From Macrostomum lignano (Eukaryota), in the NCBI GenBank assembly GCA_002269645.1, contig NIVC01000800.1, positions 124,001 through 188,000 of the forward strand: DNA of 64,000 nt. The letters are read 5' to 3'. Made by a program: the position numbers and the translations under genes. Positions within the stretch are counted from its first letter, which is position 1. The number at the start of each line of letters is the position of its first letter. The notes beneath the pieces are model-generated. The model ran no database searches, had not been told where the DNA came from, and saw only the letters and a list, made by a program, of their open reading frames with translations. Positions 35,980-48,893 of the stretch are shown piece after piece.

Positions 35980-37122
35980 ATGTTCGATGAGAACCACACC
36001 GACGATGTGCCCTTCGGCATGGTGTACATTGTGCACGGGAACTGCACTGAGCCGCAGACGCCGCTATTCCACGCGGACAATGGTCCCACGCAGGTGATGC
36101 TGGACAGCCTCTACTTCATCAAGTGCATCGCGGCCATGATCGGGCTCATGGTGAATCTGGTCTCCATCAAGGTGTTCCTATCATTCAAGCGTCGAAGCCT
36201 GTTCATCTCGATGATATTCTACCTGAGCTGCTGCGAGGTCTGCTTCAACAGCTGCGGCCTGTCATTCGAGCTGTTTTACCTGCTGGTTGGGAGCACCAAT
36301 AGTCACCTGATGCCCATTGGCAGTTCTCTCGCTGTAGCCCAGTTCCTCATCTACCTGGTGTGCCAGGTGGTCTGGATCATCTACAAATCCTCGCTGATCC
36401 TGCGCAACTGGATCATCGTGCTCATCGCCTGGCGCCGCTACCGCGCCATCAGCGCCAGCCTGAGCAGCCAGCGGAGCCAGTCGCGCCGCTCCTTCCGGCT
36501 GAGCCTGCTGCTCATCGGCCTGCTGGCGGCGCTGCTGACGACTCCGCGTGCCTTCGAGCTTGCCTACTTCCTGTGCGCCGAGTCGCGGCAGATCGTGCGC
36601 CTGGCGCCGGCCGCGTTCGCGCACAGCCGCAGGTACAGCGCCTACCCGAAGCTGTTCTTCGTCCTGACGTCTCCGATGCCCATCGTGTGCCTGCTGGTGA
36701 TCAGCACGCTGATGACCTGCAGCCTGCGGGCAGCCGCCAATACCGCCAACGTCCTGCAGGTGCCGATCAGCAACAGCGTGAGCAGCACTCGCGACCGTGA
36801 GTCGACCAACTCAACCTCGATGCGTCATCGACGAAGCCAGAGCGACGCCGTCAACCGCACAGTGCTGGTGCTCTGCGGCAGCTTCGTGCTCTGCGAGCTG
36901 CCCATGCTAATTGCTGGCATCATCAAGGACTTCGAGTGCGGCGACCACTGCATGAAGGTGCACGTGTTCAGCGGCGTGGCCAACACCCTCACTAGCATGG
37001 ACTCCTTCGCCAACTTTGTTGTCTACGTGGTTTCGATTCCATCGTTTCGCAACAAGCTGAGGCCCTGCTCAGCTGGAGAGCAGCGGTCTCGGGAGGAGTC
37101 CGTGCAGTTGAGGCGGATATGA
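35980..37122 (+). CDS. Intronless class A (rhodopsin-like) peptide-type GPCR, FMRFamide-receptor/Srw-like
   Basis: 380 aa with seven hydrophobic segments; TM3 end IAWRRYRAI, TM6 FVLCELP, TM7 ANFVVY; N-terminal NHT/NCT sequons. Confidence 0.85.
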   Translation: MFDENHTDDVPFGMVYIVHGNCTEPQTPLFHADNGPTQVMLDSLYFIKCIAAMIGLMVNLVSIKVFLSFKRRSLFISMIFYLSCCEVCFNSCGLSFELFYLLVGSTNSHLMPIGSSLAVAQFLIYLVCQVVWIIYKSSLILRNWIIVLIAWRRYRAISASLSSQRSQSRRSFRLSLLLIGLLAALLTTPRAFELAYFLCAESRQIVRLAPAAFAHSRRYSAYPKLFFVLTSPMPIVCLLVISTLMTCSLRAAANTANVLQVPISNSVSSTRDRESTNSTSMRHRRSQSDAVNRTVLVLCGSFVLCELPMLIAGIIKDFECGDHCMKVHVFSGVANTLTSMDSFANFVVYVVSIPSFRNKLRPCSAGEQRSREESVQLRRI

Positions 37123-37174
37123 CAGACAAGTGGATAGCCAGGGCGGTGCAACACCACAGACGCAGTAGAACAGA

Positions 37175-37995
37175 GGCAGATAGGCGGAGGAGGAGGGGCA
37201 TGGGGTAGAGAGGCGGAGGAGAAGGGGCACGGGGCGGAGAGGCAGAGGAGGAGGGGCACGGGATAGAGAGGCGGAGGAGGAGGGGCACGGGGTAGAGAGG
37301 CGGAGGAGGAGGGGCACGGGGTAGAGAGGCAGAGGAGGAGGGGCACGGGATAGAGAGGCGGAGGAGAAGGGGCACGGGGCGGAGATGCAGAGGAGGAGGG
37401 GCACGGGGTAGAGAGGCAGAGGAGGATGGGTACGGGATAGAGAGGCGGAGGAGAAGGGGCACGGGGCGGAGAGGCAGAGGAGGAGGGGCACGGGATAGAG
37501 AGGCGGAGGAGGAGGGGCACGGGGTAGAGAGGCGGAGGAGGAGGGGCTCGGGATAGAGAGGCGGAGGAGGAGGGGCACGGAGTAGAGAGGCGGAGGAGGA
37601 GGGGTACGGGATAGAGAGGCGGAGGAGAAGGGGCTCGGGGTGGAAAGGCAGAGGAGGAGGGGCACGGGATAGAGCGGCGGAGGAGGAGGGGCACGGGGTA
37701 GAGAGGCAGAGGAGGAGGGGCACGGGATAGAGCGGCGGAGGAGGAGGGGCACGGGATAGAGAGGCGGAGGAGAAGGGGCACGGGGCGGAGAGGCAGAGGA
37801 AGAGGGGCACGGGATAGAGAGGCGGATGAGGAGGGGCACGGGGTAGAGAGGCGGAGGAGGAGGGGCACGGGGTAGAGAGGCAGAGGAGGAGGGGTACGGG
37901 ATAGAGAGGCGGAGGAGAAGGGGCACGGGGCTGAGAGGTGGAGGAGGGGCACGGGGTAGAGAGGCACAGGAGGATGGGTACGGGGCAAAGAGGCG
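37175..37995. repeat. 29-bp GA-rich minisatellite, about 28 units
   Basis: GGGGCACGGG(A/G)TAGAGAGGCGGAGGAGGA. Confidence 0.95.
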
Positions 37996-38514
37996 GAGGG
38001 GGCGGTAACAAAGGAATCGCGCTGTTTGCTATTCGAAAGTCAAGATGATTATGCGTGTTGCACCCTTCTGCTAAAGCTGTCTGCTGTAAGGTCAAGGAAA
38101 AAAATATTACATTCTTACATATATTTTTTCAGTGAAATTTAGCGTTGTTGTGCACTCTGCCTAGTGGAGATTTGTGATCAAGACAATTCTATTATTGTTT
38201 CTTGGAATTTATTAAAGAAGAAATTTACTCCTTTATCGTACGTGGCACTTCGCAACCGTAAAACACAGGTGAACACTATTTGTTAAGCAGCACAACCGTG
38301 ACACACTTATATCTATATGATTCCAATATAAACTCTCTGTTGTAAGTATTGTGTGCAATACGAGTCTAAAATTCGATACTGAAATAGATGTTTTGTGATG
38401 GATATAGCGAATGTTTTATGTTAAACACCAATAAAAAATAGGCTTTAGGTTTCGCATCAGCGTATTGAGTAAACGGCAGACTTTATTGTCATTCTTGATT
38501 AATCAAATCGAGGC

Positions 38515-38742
38515 GGCAAGGCTGGCGCAGCGCTCTGATGTGCCAGCGGCCCAGGCTCGATTCCAAGTGCGATCACATTAATTTGAGGCTGAATTGGAAT
38601 CTCGGCTTGGCTCTGCTCGTGCAATTAACAGCCTGAGGACCAACCCCCAATGCACAGTGAAGTGTACATGCTCGCCGGTTGTGTGACACAGTGTCGCTTA
38701 AAATGCGCCAGGGTGCATACAGCCCCCAGCCTCTAATAAAAA
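38515..38742 (+). mobile_element. Diverged, internally deleted copy of SINE family A
   Basis: Colinear with the reverse complement of 6370-6725 (GGCTCGATTCCAAGTGC...CTCGGCTTGGCTCTGCTCGTGCAATTAA...GTGTACATGC|TCGCCGGTTGTGTG...CCTCTAATAA); about 110 bp of the middle missing. Confidence 0.8.
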
Positions 38743-38774
38743 TATTTCTGTTTTTCTTCCTTTTTTTCTCAGGT

Positions 38775-39045
38775 GGATTTCCCAAAGCAGAATTTTCTAA
38801 AGAAGGGTTTCCGAAGGGAAGGTTTCCCAAAGCAGGGATTCCCAAAGGAGGGATTCTCAAAGAAGGGATTCCCAAAGCAGGGATTCCCGTACGCGGGATT
38901 CCCAAATGAAGGATTCCTAAAGGAGGAATTCCCAAAGGAGGGATTCCCAAAGAAAGGATTCCCAAGGCAGGGACTTACCAAAGCAGGGATTCCCAGAAGA
39001 GGGATTCCCAAAGCAGGGATTTCCCAAAGCAGGGATTCCCAAAGA
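38775..39045. repeat. Degenerate about 15-bp repeat built on GGGATTCCCAAAG
   Basis: Direct reading. Confidence 0.85.
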
Positions 39046-39599
39046 ATGGGTTATTTTCTGTCAATAGCCGGCAGTTTGCACACCGAGGAAAAACGAGACG
39101 GCGCGAGTGGATGAAGAGTCACCAGAAAGGAAAATATTGAAAATCTCGGTGCACCCTTTTGACGTACGCCAAAAACGCCTGCAAATCGAGAAGTGGGGGG
39201 TTTTGTGCTCATCAAACATTTGACTTCCTCGATCTGGACCATTGCACTTCATCTGCGGAACTCAATTCCCCAGGGGATTGTTGGCGCCTGCAGAGAGACC
39301 CGCATGGAGCCAGATCAAGAAGTTGGTCGGCCAGCTTTCCAGGGAACATCGACTAATGGAAAGGACTATAGTTAGCCGATGAGGCTGCGAGATTCTGGGC
39401 AGACAGAGATACGGCTGATGGAGATCTGATCCACTTCTGATTGACTTGGAGTGCCTGGCACACATTTGCGCAAAGTGGACTCGTCTTGCAAATCAGTGAA
39501 AATAATACCCATCAGCAGCAGTGAGTGGCTTGCACTTTTGTAGCCGAATGCGATTGCAAATTAGGAGACTGCGAACTCCTAGGAAAAGGGCAGCGAGAG

Positions 39600-40105
39600 G
39601 GAAAGAAAGAGGGAGAAGGCAATGGAGAGAGACAGAGAGAATAGGAGAGGGAGAGGGAGGAGAGGGGGAGAGGGAGAGGGAGGAGAGGGAGAGAGGGGGA
39701 GAGAGGAGAGGGGGAGAGGGGGAGAGAGGAGAGGGAGGAGAGGGAGAGAGGAGAGGGAGGAGAGGGAGAGAGGAGAGGGAGGAGAGGGAGAGAGGAGAGG
39801 GAGGAGAGGGGAGAGAGGAGAGGGAGAAAGAGGAGAGGGAGAGAGGAGAGGGATGAGAGGGGGAGAGAGGAGAGGGAGAGAGGGGGAGAGAGGAGAGGAG
39901 AAAGAGGAGAGGGAGAGAGGAGAGGGAGGAGAGGGGGAGAGAGGAGAGGGAGAAAGAGGAGAGGGAGAGAGGAGAGGGATGAGAGGGGGAGAGAGGAGAG
40001 GGAGAGAGGGGGAGAGAGGAGAGGGAGAAAGAGGAGAGGGAGAGAGGAGAGGGATGAGAGGGGGAGAGGAGAGGGAGAGAGGGGGAGAGAGGAGAGGGAG
40101 AGAGA
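39600..40105. repeat. GA-rich low-complexity tract
   Basis: Almost pure G/A. Confidence 0.95.
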
Positions 40106-40507
40106 CAACCTTACTCCAAACTCCAAAAGCTTCATCAAATGATGTCTCCTGGTAGCCCCATCTGACCATCTGACGGAGCTCTCCCAGTCTGAACTCTCGT
40201 GATTTGTCAAGTCAACAGAACAACAGCGAACGCAGACAAAACTGCGGGAAAAGCCAATGATGCAAAGAATCAAGCCTAAGCCCTCTGGTTCATTCGTTTT
40301 CAGCAGCAGCAACAATTAAGGTTGAATGTTTCTGTCTTGCTTTTCAAAATCAAAATCTAACCGCTCACTTCCGACATTTCGCAGTTTGATCCAACCGTTT
40401 CTGTCTACTAAAACTCGCATTTGTGCTGGGTGAGCTTTTAATAGCTTTTCCTGGACTGCAGAGTCTAAACAGGAAACTGGTAGACAGTCTAACAACAACA
40501 AACAAAT

Positions 40508-41192
<685 letters not shown>

Positions 41193-42017
41193 CTCGGCTC
41201 AAAAGTACTCAAAACTGAATGAATGTCTTCCAGCTAAGGAAACCTGATAGACTAAAAGTCCTCAGGGCTGTAAACAAGCTTATTTGCTAGTCGGCGCAGA
41301 TGAAGAGAGACGGAGACAAAGACTCAAAGAGGCAGGCAGCTGCAGCAAGGATTATTAATGCAGCCTTCATTCTTTGCCAGGTGGACGGAAAAGCTCGCCA
41401 AAAGAGGATTTTCGGGATAAGCCAGAAGGGGATAAAGAAGAGGGAGACGGAGCGAGGGAAAAACGAATATCAAAAGAAATTCTCAGGTAGATCTCAGTGG
41501 ACGCGGGCTTAATTATAAAATGATGGATTTTGCTGCAGATTGCTTGCGGCCTCTGAAAGCATAATTAATGAGCTCAGTTAGTCACTCAAGCATAAGCAGC
41601 AGCTCTGTTTGGTTGGTCATTTCCCACTAATAATATAATGCCTGCGAATTGCAGTCCCATTAAGTTTGTTTCTGTTGAGATAAGGATTCATGAAATGATC
41701 TTTTGTTAATTTACCAAGTCAACTTTTGTAAATCACCAGTTTATGTTAATGAAGATGGAAAAAGGGACATTTAGTCAAATAGCATTCTGGTCCATTGTAT
41801 CTCGTATCAATATTCACTTTCGACCCGGCTATCAAAGTCTTCGATTTGAGCAGTTCTAGAAAAAAATACACTGAACAAGTACAGGAGTGAGCTTAGAAAA
41901 TGAGAAACAATCGTTCTAGGAAACATTTAGAGAGCAAAAGCAAATGCTGCAATCAAATTAGCAGTCACACGACTCCACTATTGATTAGCTGCGTGACAGC
42001 AGGTAGCCCGGTACGTT

Positions 42018-45000
42018 CTGTCTGTCTCCCTGCCTCTCTCTGTCTCTCCCTGTCTCTCTCCCTGTCTCTCTCCCTGTCTCTATCCCTGTCTCTATCCCTG
42101 TCTCTCTCCCTGCCTCTCTCCCTGTCTCTCTGCCTGCCTCTCTCCCTGCCTCTCTCCCTGCCTCTCTCTGTCTCTACCTGTCTCTCTCCCTGTCTCTCTC
42201 CCTGTCTCTCTCTGTCTCTCCCTGTCTCTCTCCCTGTCTCTCTCCCTGCCTCTCTCCCTGCCTCTCTCTGTCTCTACCTGTCTCTCTCCCTGTCTCTCTC
42301 CCTGCCTCTCTCCCTGCCTCTCTCCCTGCCTCTCTCTGTCTCTCCCTGTCTCTCTCCCTGTCTCTCTCCCTGCCTCTCTCCCTGCCTCTCTCTGTCTCTA
42401 CCTGTCTCTCTCCCTGCCTCTCTCCCTGTCTCTCTCCCTGTCTCTCCCTGTCTCTCTCCCTGTCTCTCCCTGTCTCTCTGTCTGTCTCTCTCCCTGCCTC
42501 TCCCTGTCTCTCTCTGTTTCTCTCCCTGTCTCTCCCTGTCTCTCACTGTCTCTCTCCCTGCCTCTCCTGTCTCTCCCTTTCTCTCCCTGTCTCTCCCTGT
42601 CTCTCCCCTGTCTCTCCCTGTCTCTCTCCCTGCCTCCCCTTGTCTCTCCATGTCTCTCCCTTTCTCTCCCCCTGTATCTCTCCATGTCTCTCTCTTCTTC
42701 TCTCTCTCTGTCTCTCTCTGTCTCTCCCTGTCTCTCTCCCTGTCTCTCTCCCTGCCTCTCTCCCTGCCTCTCTCTGTCTCTACCTGTCTCTCTCCCTGTC
42801 TCTCTCCCTGCCTCTCTCCCTGCCTCTCTTCCTGCCTCTCTCTGTCTCTCCCTGTCTCTCTCCCTGTCTCTCTCCCTGCCTCTCTCCCTGCCTCTCTCTG
42901 TCTCTACCTGTCTCTCTCCCTGCCTCTCTCCCTGTCTCTCTCCCTGTCTCTCCCTGTCTCTCTCCCTGTCTCTCCCTGTCTCTCTGTCTGTCTCTCTCCC
43001 TGCCTCTCCCTGTCTCTCTCTGTTTCTCTCCCTGTCTCTCCCTGTCTCTCACTGTCTCTCTCCCTGCCTCTCCTGTCTCTCCCTTTCTCTCCCTGTCTCT
43101 CCCTGTCTCTCCCCTGTCTCTCCCTGTCTCTCTCCCTGCCTCCCCTTGTCTCTCCATGTCTCTCCCTTTCTCTCCCCCTGTATCTCTCCATGTCTCTCTC
43201 TTCTTCTCTCTCCCTGTCTCTCCCTGTCTCTCCCTGTCTCTCTGTCTGTCTCTCTCCCTGTCTCTCCCTGTCTCTCTGTCTGTCTCTCTCCCTGTCTCTC
43301 CCTGTCTCTCCCTGCCTCTCTCCCTGTCTCTCTGTCTGTCTCTCTCCCTGTCTCTCCCTGTCTCTCCCTGTCTCTCCCTGTCTCTCCCTGTCTCTCCCTG
43401 TCTCTCCCTGTCTCTCCCTGTCTCTCTCCCTGTCTCTCCCTGTCTCTCTCCCTGCCTCTCTCCCTGTCTCTCCCTGTCTCTCCCTGTCTCTCCCTGTCTC
43501 TCCCTGTCTCTCCCTGTCTCTCTCCCTGTCTCTCCCTGTCTCTCTCCCTGCCTCTCTCCCTGTCTCTCCCTGTCTCTCTGTCTGTCTCTCTCCCTGTCTT
43601 TCCCTGTCTCTCCCTGCCTCTCTCCCTGTCTCTCCCTGTCTCTCCCTGTCTCTCTCCCTGTCTCTCCCTGTCTCTCTCCCTGTCTCTCTCCCTGTCTCTC
43701 CCTGTCTCTCCCCTGTCTCTCCCTGTTTCTCCCTGTCTCTCCCTGTCTCTCCCTACCTCTCCGTCTCTCCCTGTCTCTCCTTGTCTCTCTCTGTCTCTAT
43801 CCCTGTCTCTATCCCTGTCTCTCTCCCTGCCTCTCTCCCTGTCTCTCTGCCTGCCTCTCTCCCTGCCTCTCTCCCTGCCTCTCTCTGTCTCTACCTGTCT
43901 CTCTCCCTGTCTCTCTCCCTGTCTCTCTCTGTCTCTCCCTGTCTCTCTCCCTGTCTCTCTCCCTGCCTCTCTCCCTGCCTCTCTCTGTCTCTACCTGTCT
44001 CTCTCCCTGTCTCTCTCCCTGCCTCTCTCCCTGCCTCTCTCCCTGCCTCTCTCTGTCTCTCCCTGTCTCTCTCCCTGTCTCTCTCCCTGCCTCTCTCCCT
44101 GCCTCTCTCTGTCTCTACCTGTCTCTCTCCCTGCCTCTCTCCCTGTCTCTCTCCCTGTCTCTCCCTGTCTCTCTCCCTGTCTCTCCCTGTCTCTCTGTCT
44201 GTCTCTCTCCCTGCCTCTCCCTGTCTCTCTCTGTTTCTCTCCCTGTCTCTCCCTGTCTCTCACTGTCTCTCTCCCTGCCTCTCCTGTCTCTCCCTTTCTC
44301 TCCCTGTCTCTCCCTGTCTCTCCCCTGTCTCTCCCTGTCTCTCTCCCTGCCTCCCCTTGTCTCTCCATGTCTCTCCCTTTCTCTCCCCCTGTATCTCTCC
44401 ATGTCTCTCTCTTCTTCTCTCTCTCTGTCTCTCTCTGTCTCTCCCTGTCTCTCTCCCTGTCTCTCTCCCTGCCTCTCTCCCTGCCTCTCTCTGTCTCTAC
44501 CTGTCTCTCTCCCTGTCTCTCTCCCTGCCTCTCTCCCTGCCTCTCTTCCTGCCTCTCTCTGTCTCTCCCTGTCTCTCTCCCTGTCTCTCTCCCTGCCTCT
44601 CTCCCTGCCTCTCTCTGTCTCTACCTGTCTCTCTCCCTGCCTCTCTCCCTGTCTCTCTCCCTGTCTCTCCCTGTCTCTCTCCCTGTCTCTCCCTGTCTCT
44701 CTGTCTGTCTCTCTCCCTGCCTCTCCCTGTCTCTCTCTGTTTCTCTCCCTGTCTCTCCCTGTCTCTCACTGTCTCTCTCCCTGCCTCTCCTGTCTCTCCC
44801 TTTCTCTCCCTGTCTCTCCCTGTCTCTCCCCTGTCTCTCCCTGTCTCTCTCCCTGCCTCCCCTTGTCTCTCCATGTCTCTCCCTTTCTCTCCCCCTGTAT
44901 CTCTCCATGTCTCTCTCTTCTTCTCTCTCCCTGTCTCTCCCTGTCTCTCCCTGTCTCTCTGTCTGTCTCTCTCCCTGTCTCTCCCTGTCTCTCTGTCTGT

Positions 45001-47270
45001 CTCTCTCCCTGTCTCTCCCTGTCTCTCCCTGCCTCTCTCCCTGTCTCTCTGTCTGTCTCTCTCCCTGTCTCTCCCTGTCTCTCCCTGTCTCTCCCTGTCT
45101 CTCCCTGTCTCTCCCTGTCTCTCCCTGTCTCTCCCTGTCTCTCTCCCTGTCTCTCCCTGTCTCTCTCCCTGCCTCTCTCCCTGTCTCTCCCTGTCTCTCC
45201 CTGTCTCTCCCTGTCTCTCCCTGTCTCTCCCTGTCTCTCTCCCTGTCTCTCCCTGTCTCTCTCCCTGCCTCTCTCCCTGTCTCTCCCTGTCTCTCTGTCT
45301 GTCTCTCTCCCTGTCTTTCCCTGTCTCTCCCTGCCTCTCTCCCTGTCTCTCCCTGTCTCTCCCTGTCTCTCTCCCTGTCTCTCCCTGTCTCTCTCCCTGT
45401 CTCTCTCCCTGTCTCTCCCTGTCTCTCCCCTGTCTCTCCCTGTCTCTCCCTGTCTCTCCCTGTCTCTCCCTACCTCTCCGTCTCTCCCTGTCTCTCCTTG
45501 TCTCTCTCTGTCTCTATCCCTGTCTCTATCCCTGTCTCTCTCCCTGCCTCTCTCCCTGTCTCTCTGCCTGCCTCTCTCCCTGCCTCTCTCCCTGCCTCTC
45601 TCTGTCTCTACCTGTCTCTCTCCCTGTCTCTCTCCCTGTCTCTCTCTGTCTCTCCCTGTCTCTCTCCCTGTCTCTCTCCCTGCCTCTCTCCCTGCCTCTC
45701 TCTGTCTCTACCTGTCTCTCTCCCTGTCTCTCTCCCTGCCTCTCTCCCTGCCTCTCTCCCTGCCTCTCTCTGTCTCTCCCTGTCTCTCTCCCTGTCTCTC
45801 TCCCTGCCTCTCTCCCTGCCTCTCTCTGTCTCTACCTGTCTCTCTCCCTGCCTCTCTCCCTGTCTCTCTCCCTGTCTCTCCCTGTCTCTCTCCCTGTCTC
45901 TCCCTGTCTCTCTGTCTGTCTCTCTCCCTGCCTCTCCCTGTCTCTCTCTGTTTCTCTCCCTGTCTCTCCCTGTCTCTCACTGTCTCTCTCCCTGCCTCTC
46001 CTGTCTCTCCCTTTCTCTCCCTGTCTCTCCCTGTCTCTCCCCTGTCTCTCCCTGTCTCTCTCCCTGCCTCCCCTTGTCTCTCCATGTCTCTCCCTTTCTC
46101 TCCCCCTGTATCTCTCCATGTCTCTCTCTTCTTCTCTCTCTCTGTCTCTCTCTGTCTCTCCCTGTCTCTCTCCCTGTCTCTCTCCCTGCCTCTCTCCCTG
46201 CCTCTCTCTGTCTCTACCTGTCTCTCTCCCTGTCTCTCTCCCTGCCTCTCTCCCTGCCTCTCTTCCTGCCTCTCTCTGTCTCTCCCTGTCTCTCTCCCTG
46301 TCTCTCTCCCTGCCTCTCTCCCTGCCTCTCTCTGTCTCTACCTGTCTCTCTCCCTGCCTCTCTCCCTGTCTCTCTCCCTGTCTCTCCCTGTCTCTCTCCC
46401 TGTCTCTCCCTGTCTCTCTGTCTGTCTCTCTCCCTGCCTCTCCCTGTCTCTCTCTGTTTCTCTCCCTGTCTCTCCCTGTCTCTCACTGTCTCTCTCCCTG
46501 CCTCTCCTGTCTCTCCCTTTCTCTCCCTGTCTCTCCCTGTCTCTCCCCTGTCTCTCCCTGTCTCTCTCCCTGCCTCCCCTTGTCTCTCCATGTCTCTCCC
46601 TTTCTCTCCCCCTGTATCTCTCCATGTCTCTCTCTTCTTCTCTCTCCCTGTCTCTCCCTGTCTCTCCCTGTCTCTCTGTCTGTCTCTCTCCCTGTCTCTC
46701 CCTGTCTCTCTGTCTGTCTCTCTCCCTGTCTCTCCCTGTCTCTCCCTGCCTCTCTCCCTGTCTCTCTGTCTGTCTCTCTCCCTGTCTCTCCCTGTCTCTC
46801 CCTGTCTCTCCCTGTCTCTCCCTGTCTCTCCCTGTCTCTCCCTGTCTCTCCCTGTCTCTCTCCCTGTCTCTCCCTGTCTCTCTCCCTGCCTCTCTCCCTG
46901 TCTCTCCCTGTCTCTCCCTGTCTCTCCCTGTCTCTCCCTGTCTCTCCCTGTCTCTCTCCCTGTCTCTCCCTGTCTCTCTCCCTGCCTCTCTCCCTGTCTC
47001 TCCCTGTCTCTCTGTCTGTCTCTCTCCCTGTCTTTCCCTGTCTCTCCCTGCCTCTCTCCCTGTCTCTCCCTGTCTCTCCCTGTCTCTCTCCCTGTCTCTC
47101 CCTGTCTCTCTCCCTGTCTCTCTCCCTGTCTCTCCCTGTCTCTCCCCTGTCTCTCCCTGTCTCTCCCTGTCTCTCCCTGTCTCTCCCTACCTCTCCGTCT
47201 CTCCCTGTCTCTCCTTGTCTCTCTCTGTCTCTCTCCCTGTCTATCCCTGTCTCTCCCTGTCTCTCCCTGC
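42018..47270. repeat. 5.2-kb CT-rich satellite (CCCTG(T/C)CTCT(CT)) with 1717-bp higher-order repeat, about 3 copies
   Basis: Landmark TACCTCTCCG at 43754, 45471 and 47188; ORF-track repeats at 42274/43991/45708 and 42780/44497/46214. Confidence 0.95.
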
Positions 47271-47679
47271 GTGTCTTAGTTGAAGTTGATACAAACTTTG
47301 TTGCAAGTTCCTACTGATAAATTTTGCAACCTTTTTAATAGAATTCCGTGTAGAATTTTGAGCTATAAAATAATCATCCTTTTGGGTTTATCGCTACCGA
47401 AGCGAGAGCTAAAGAGCCATTGGCTGCAGAAGTAAACAATGCACAGACAGTATTGGGAAAACTGCTGCGAGCTGTTGAGGCTTTCAAGGGGAATTCAAAG
47501 GTCGAGAATTCATTTCATAATTCATAAATGAAAGCGATTTGATCGACTGATAACAATGATCAGTTTATTATATTCTCGATTTTATAACCTATTTTTATAA
47601 TTCCCAGTTTTTGGTAATAATTGATTAAAGCTAAAACAAGGCTTTCATTTTGAGACAGCTCTTACCACATTCATCCACA

Positions 47680-48118
47680 TTCACTCTCATTCACCCATTC
47701 ACTCTCATTCACCCATTCACTCTCATTCACCCATTCACTCTCATTCACCCATTCACTCTCATTACCCATACACTCTAATTCACCCATTCACTCTCATTCA
47801 CCCATACACTCTAATTCACCCATTCACTCTCATTCACCCACATTCACTCTCATTCACCCATTCACTCTCATTCACCCATACACTCTAATTCACCCATTCA
47901 CTCTCATTCACCCACATTCACTCTCATTCACCCACATTCACTCTCATTCACCCACATTCACTCTCATTCACCTATTCACTCTCATTCACCCACATTCACT
48001 CTCATTCACCCATTCACTCTCATTCACCCATACACTCTAATTCACCCATTCACTCTCATTCACCCACATTCACTCTCATTCACCCACATTCACTCTCACT
48101 CACCCGCCTTCACTCTTA
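47680..48118. repeat. 18/20-bp minisatellite CATTCACTCTCATTCACC(CA)
   Basis: Direct reading. Confidence 0.95.
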
Positions 48119-48309
48119 CTCAAAAATCAAACCAGTAAGAAAAATGATCATCCTGCATGAGCAACCGACACTTGCTACTGAGATTAGTAGGCCAAGAGGG
48201 AAAACGAATGCAATTGAAAATGGTATACAATCAATAAATAGTTTAAATAATATTTTCATAATTATAATCTGTGTTTTATATTTAAATTATTATTTAAATT
48301 AATAATTAA

Positions 48310-48756
<447 letters not shown>

Positions 48757-48893
48757 AGTTACTTAGCGAGCATAGCTGTCGACCGTCTCACCTTTGGCTG
48801 ATGCTTATATACCCAAGACTCAATAAGGTTTGGCTTACAGCTACATGTACTTACATGATAACGAGCTTTTCGCAGTATTGTTGTTGTTAAAAG

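Noticed and set aside
41900-47317. 1500-1800-aa ORFs (LSPC/ERQG repeats)
   Set aside because: Stop-free frames of a CT satellite; no non-repetitive coding content or splice context.
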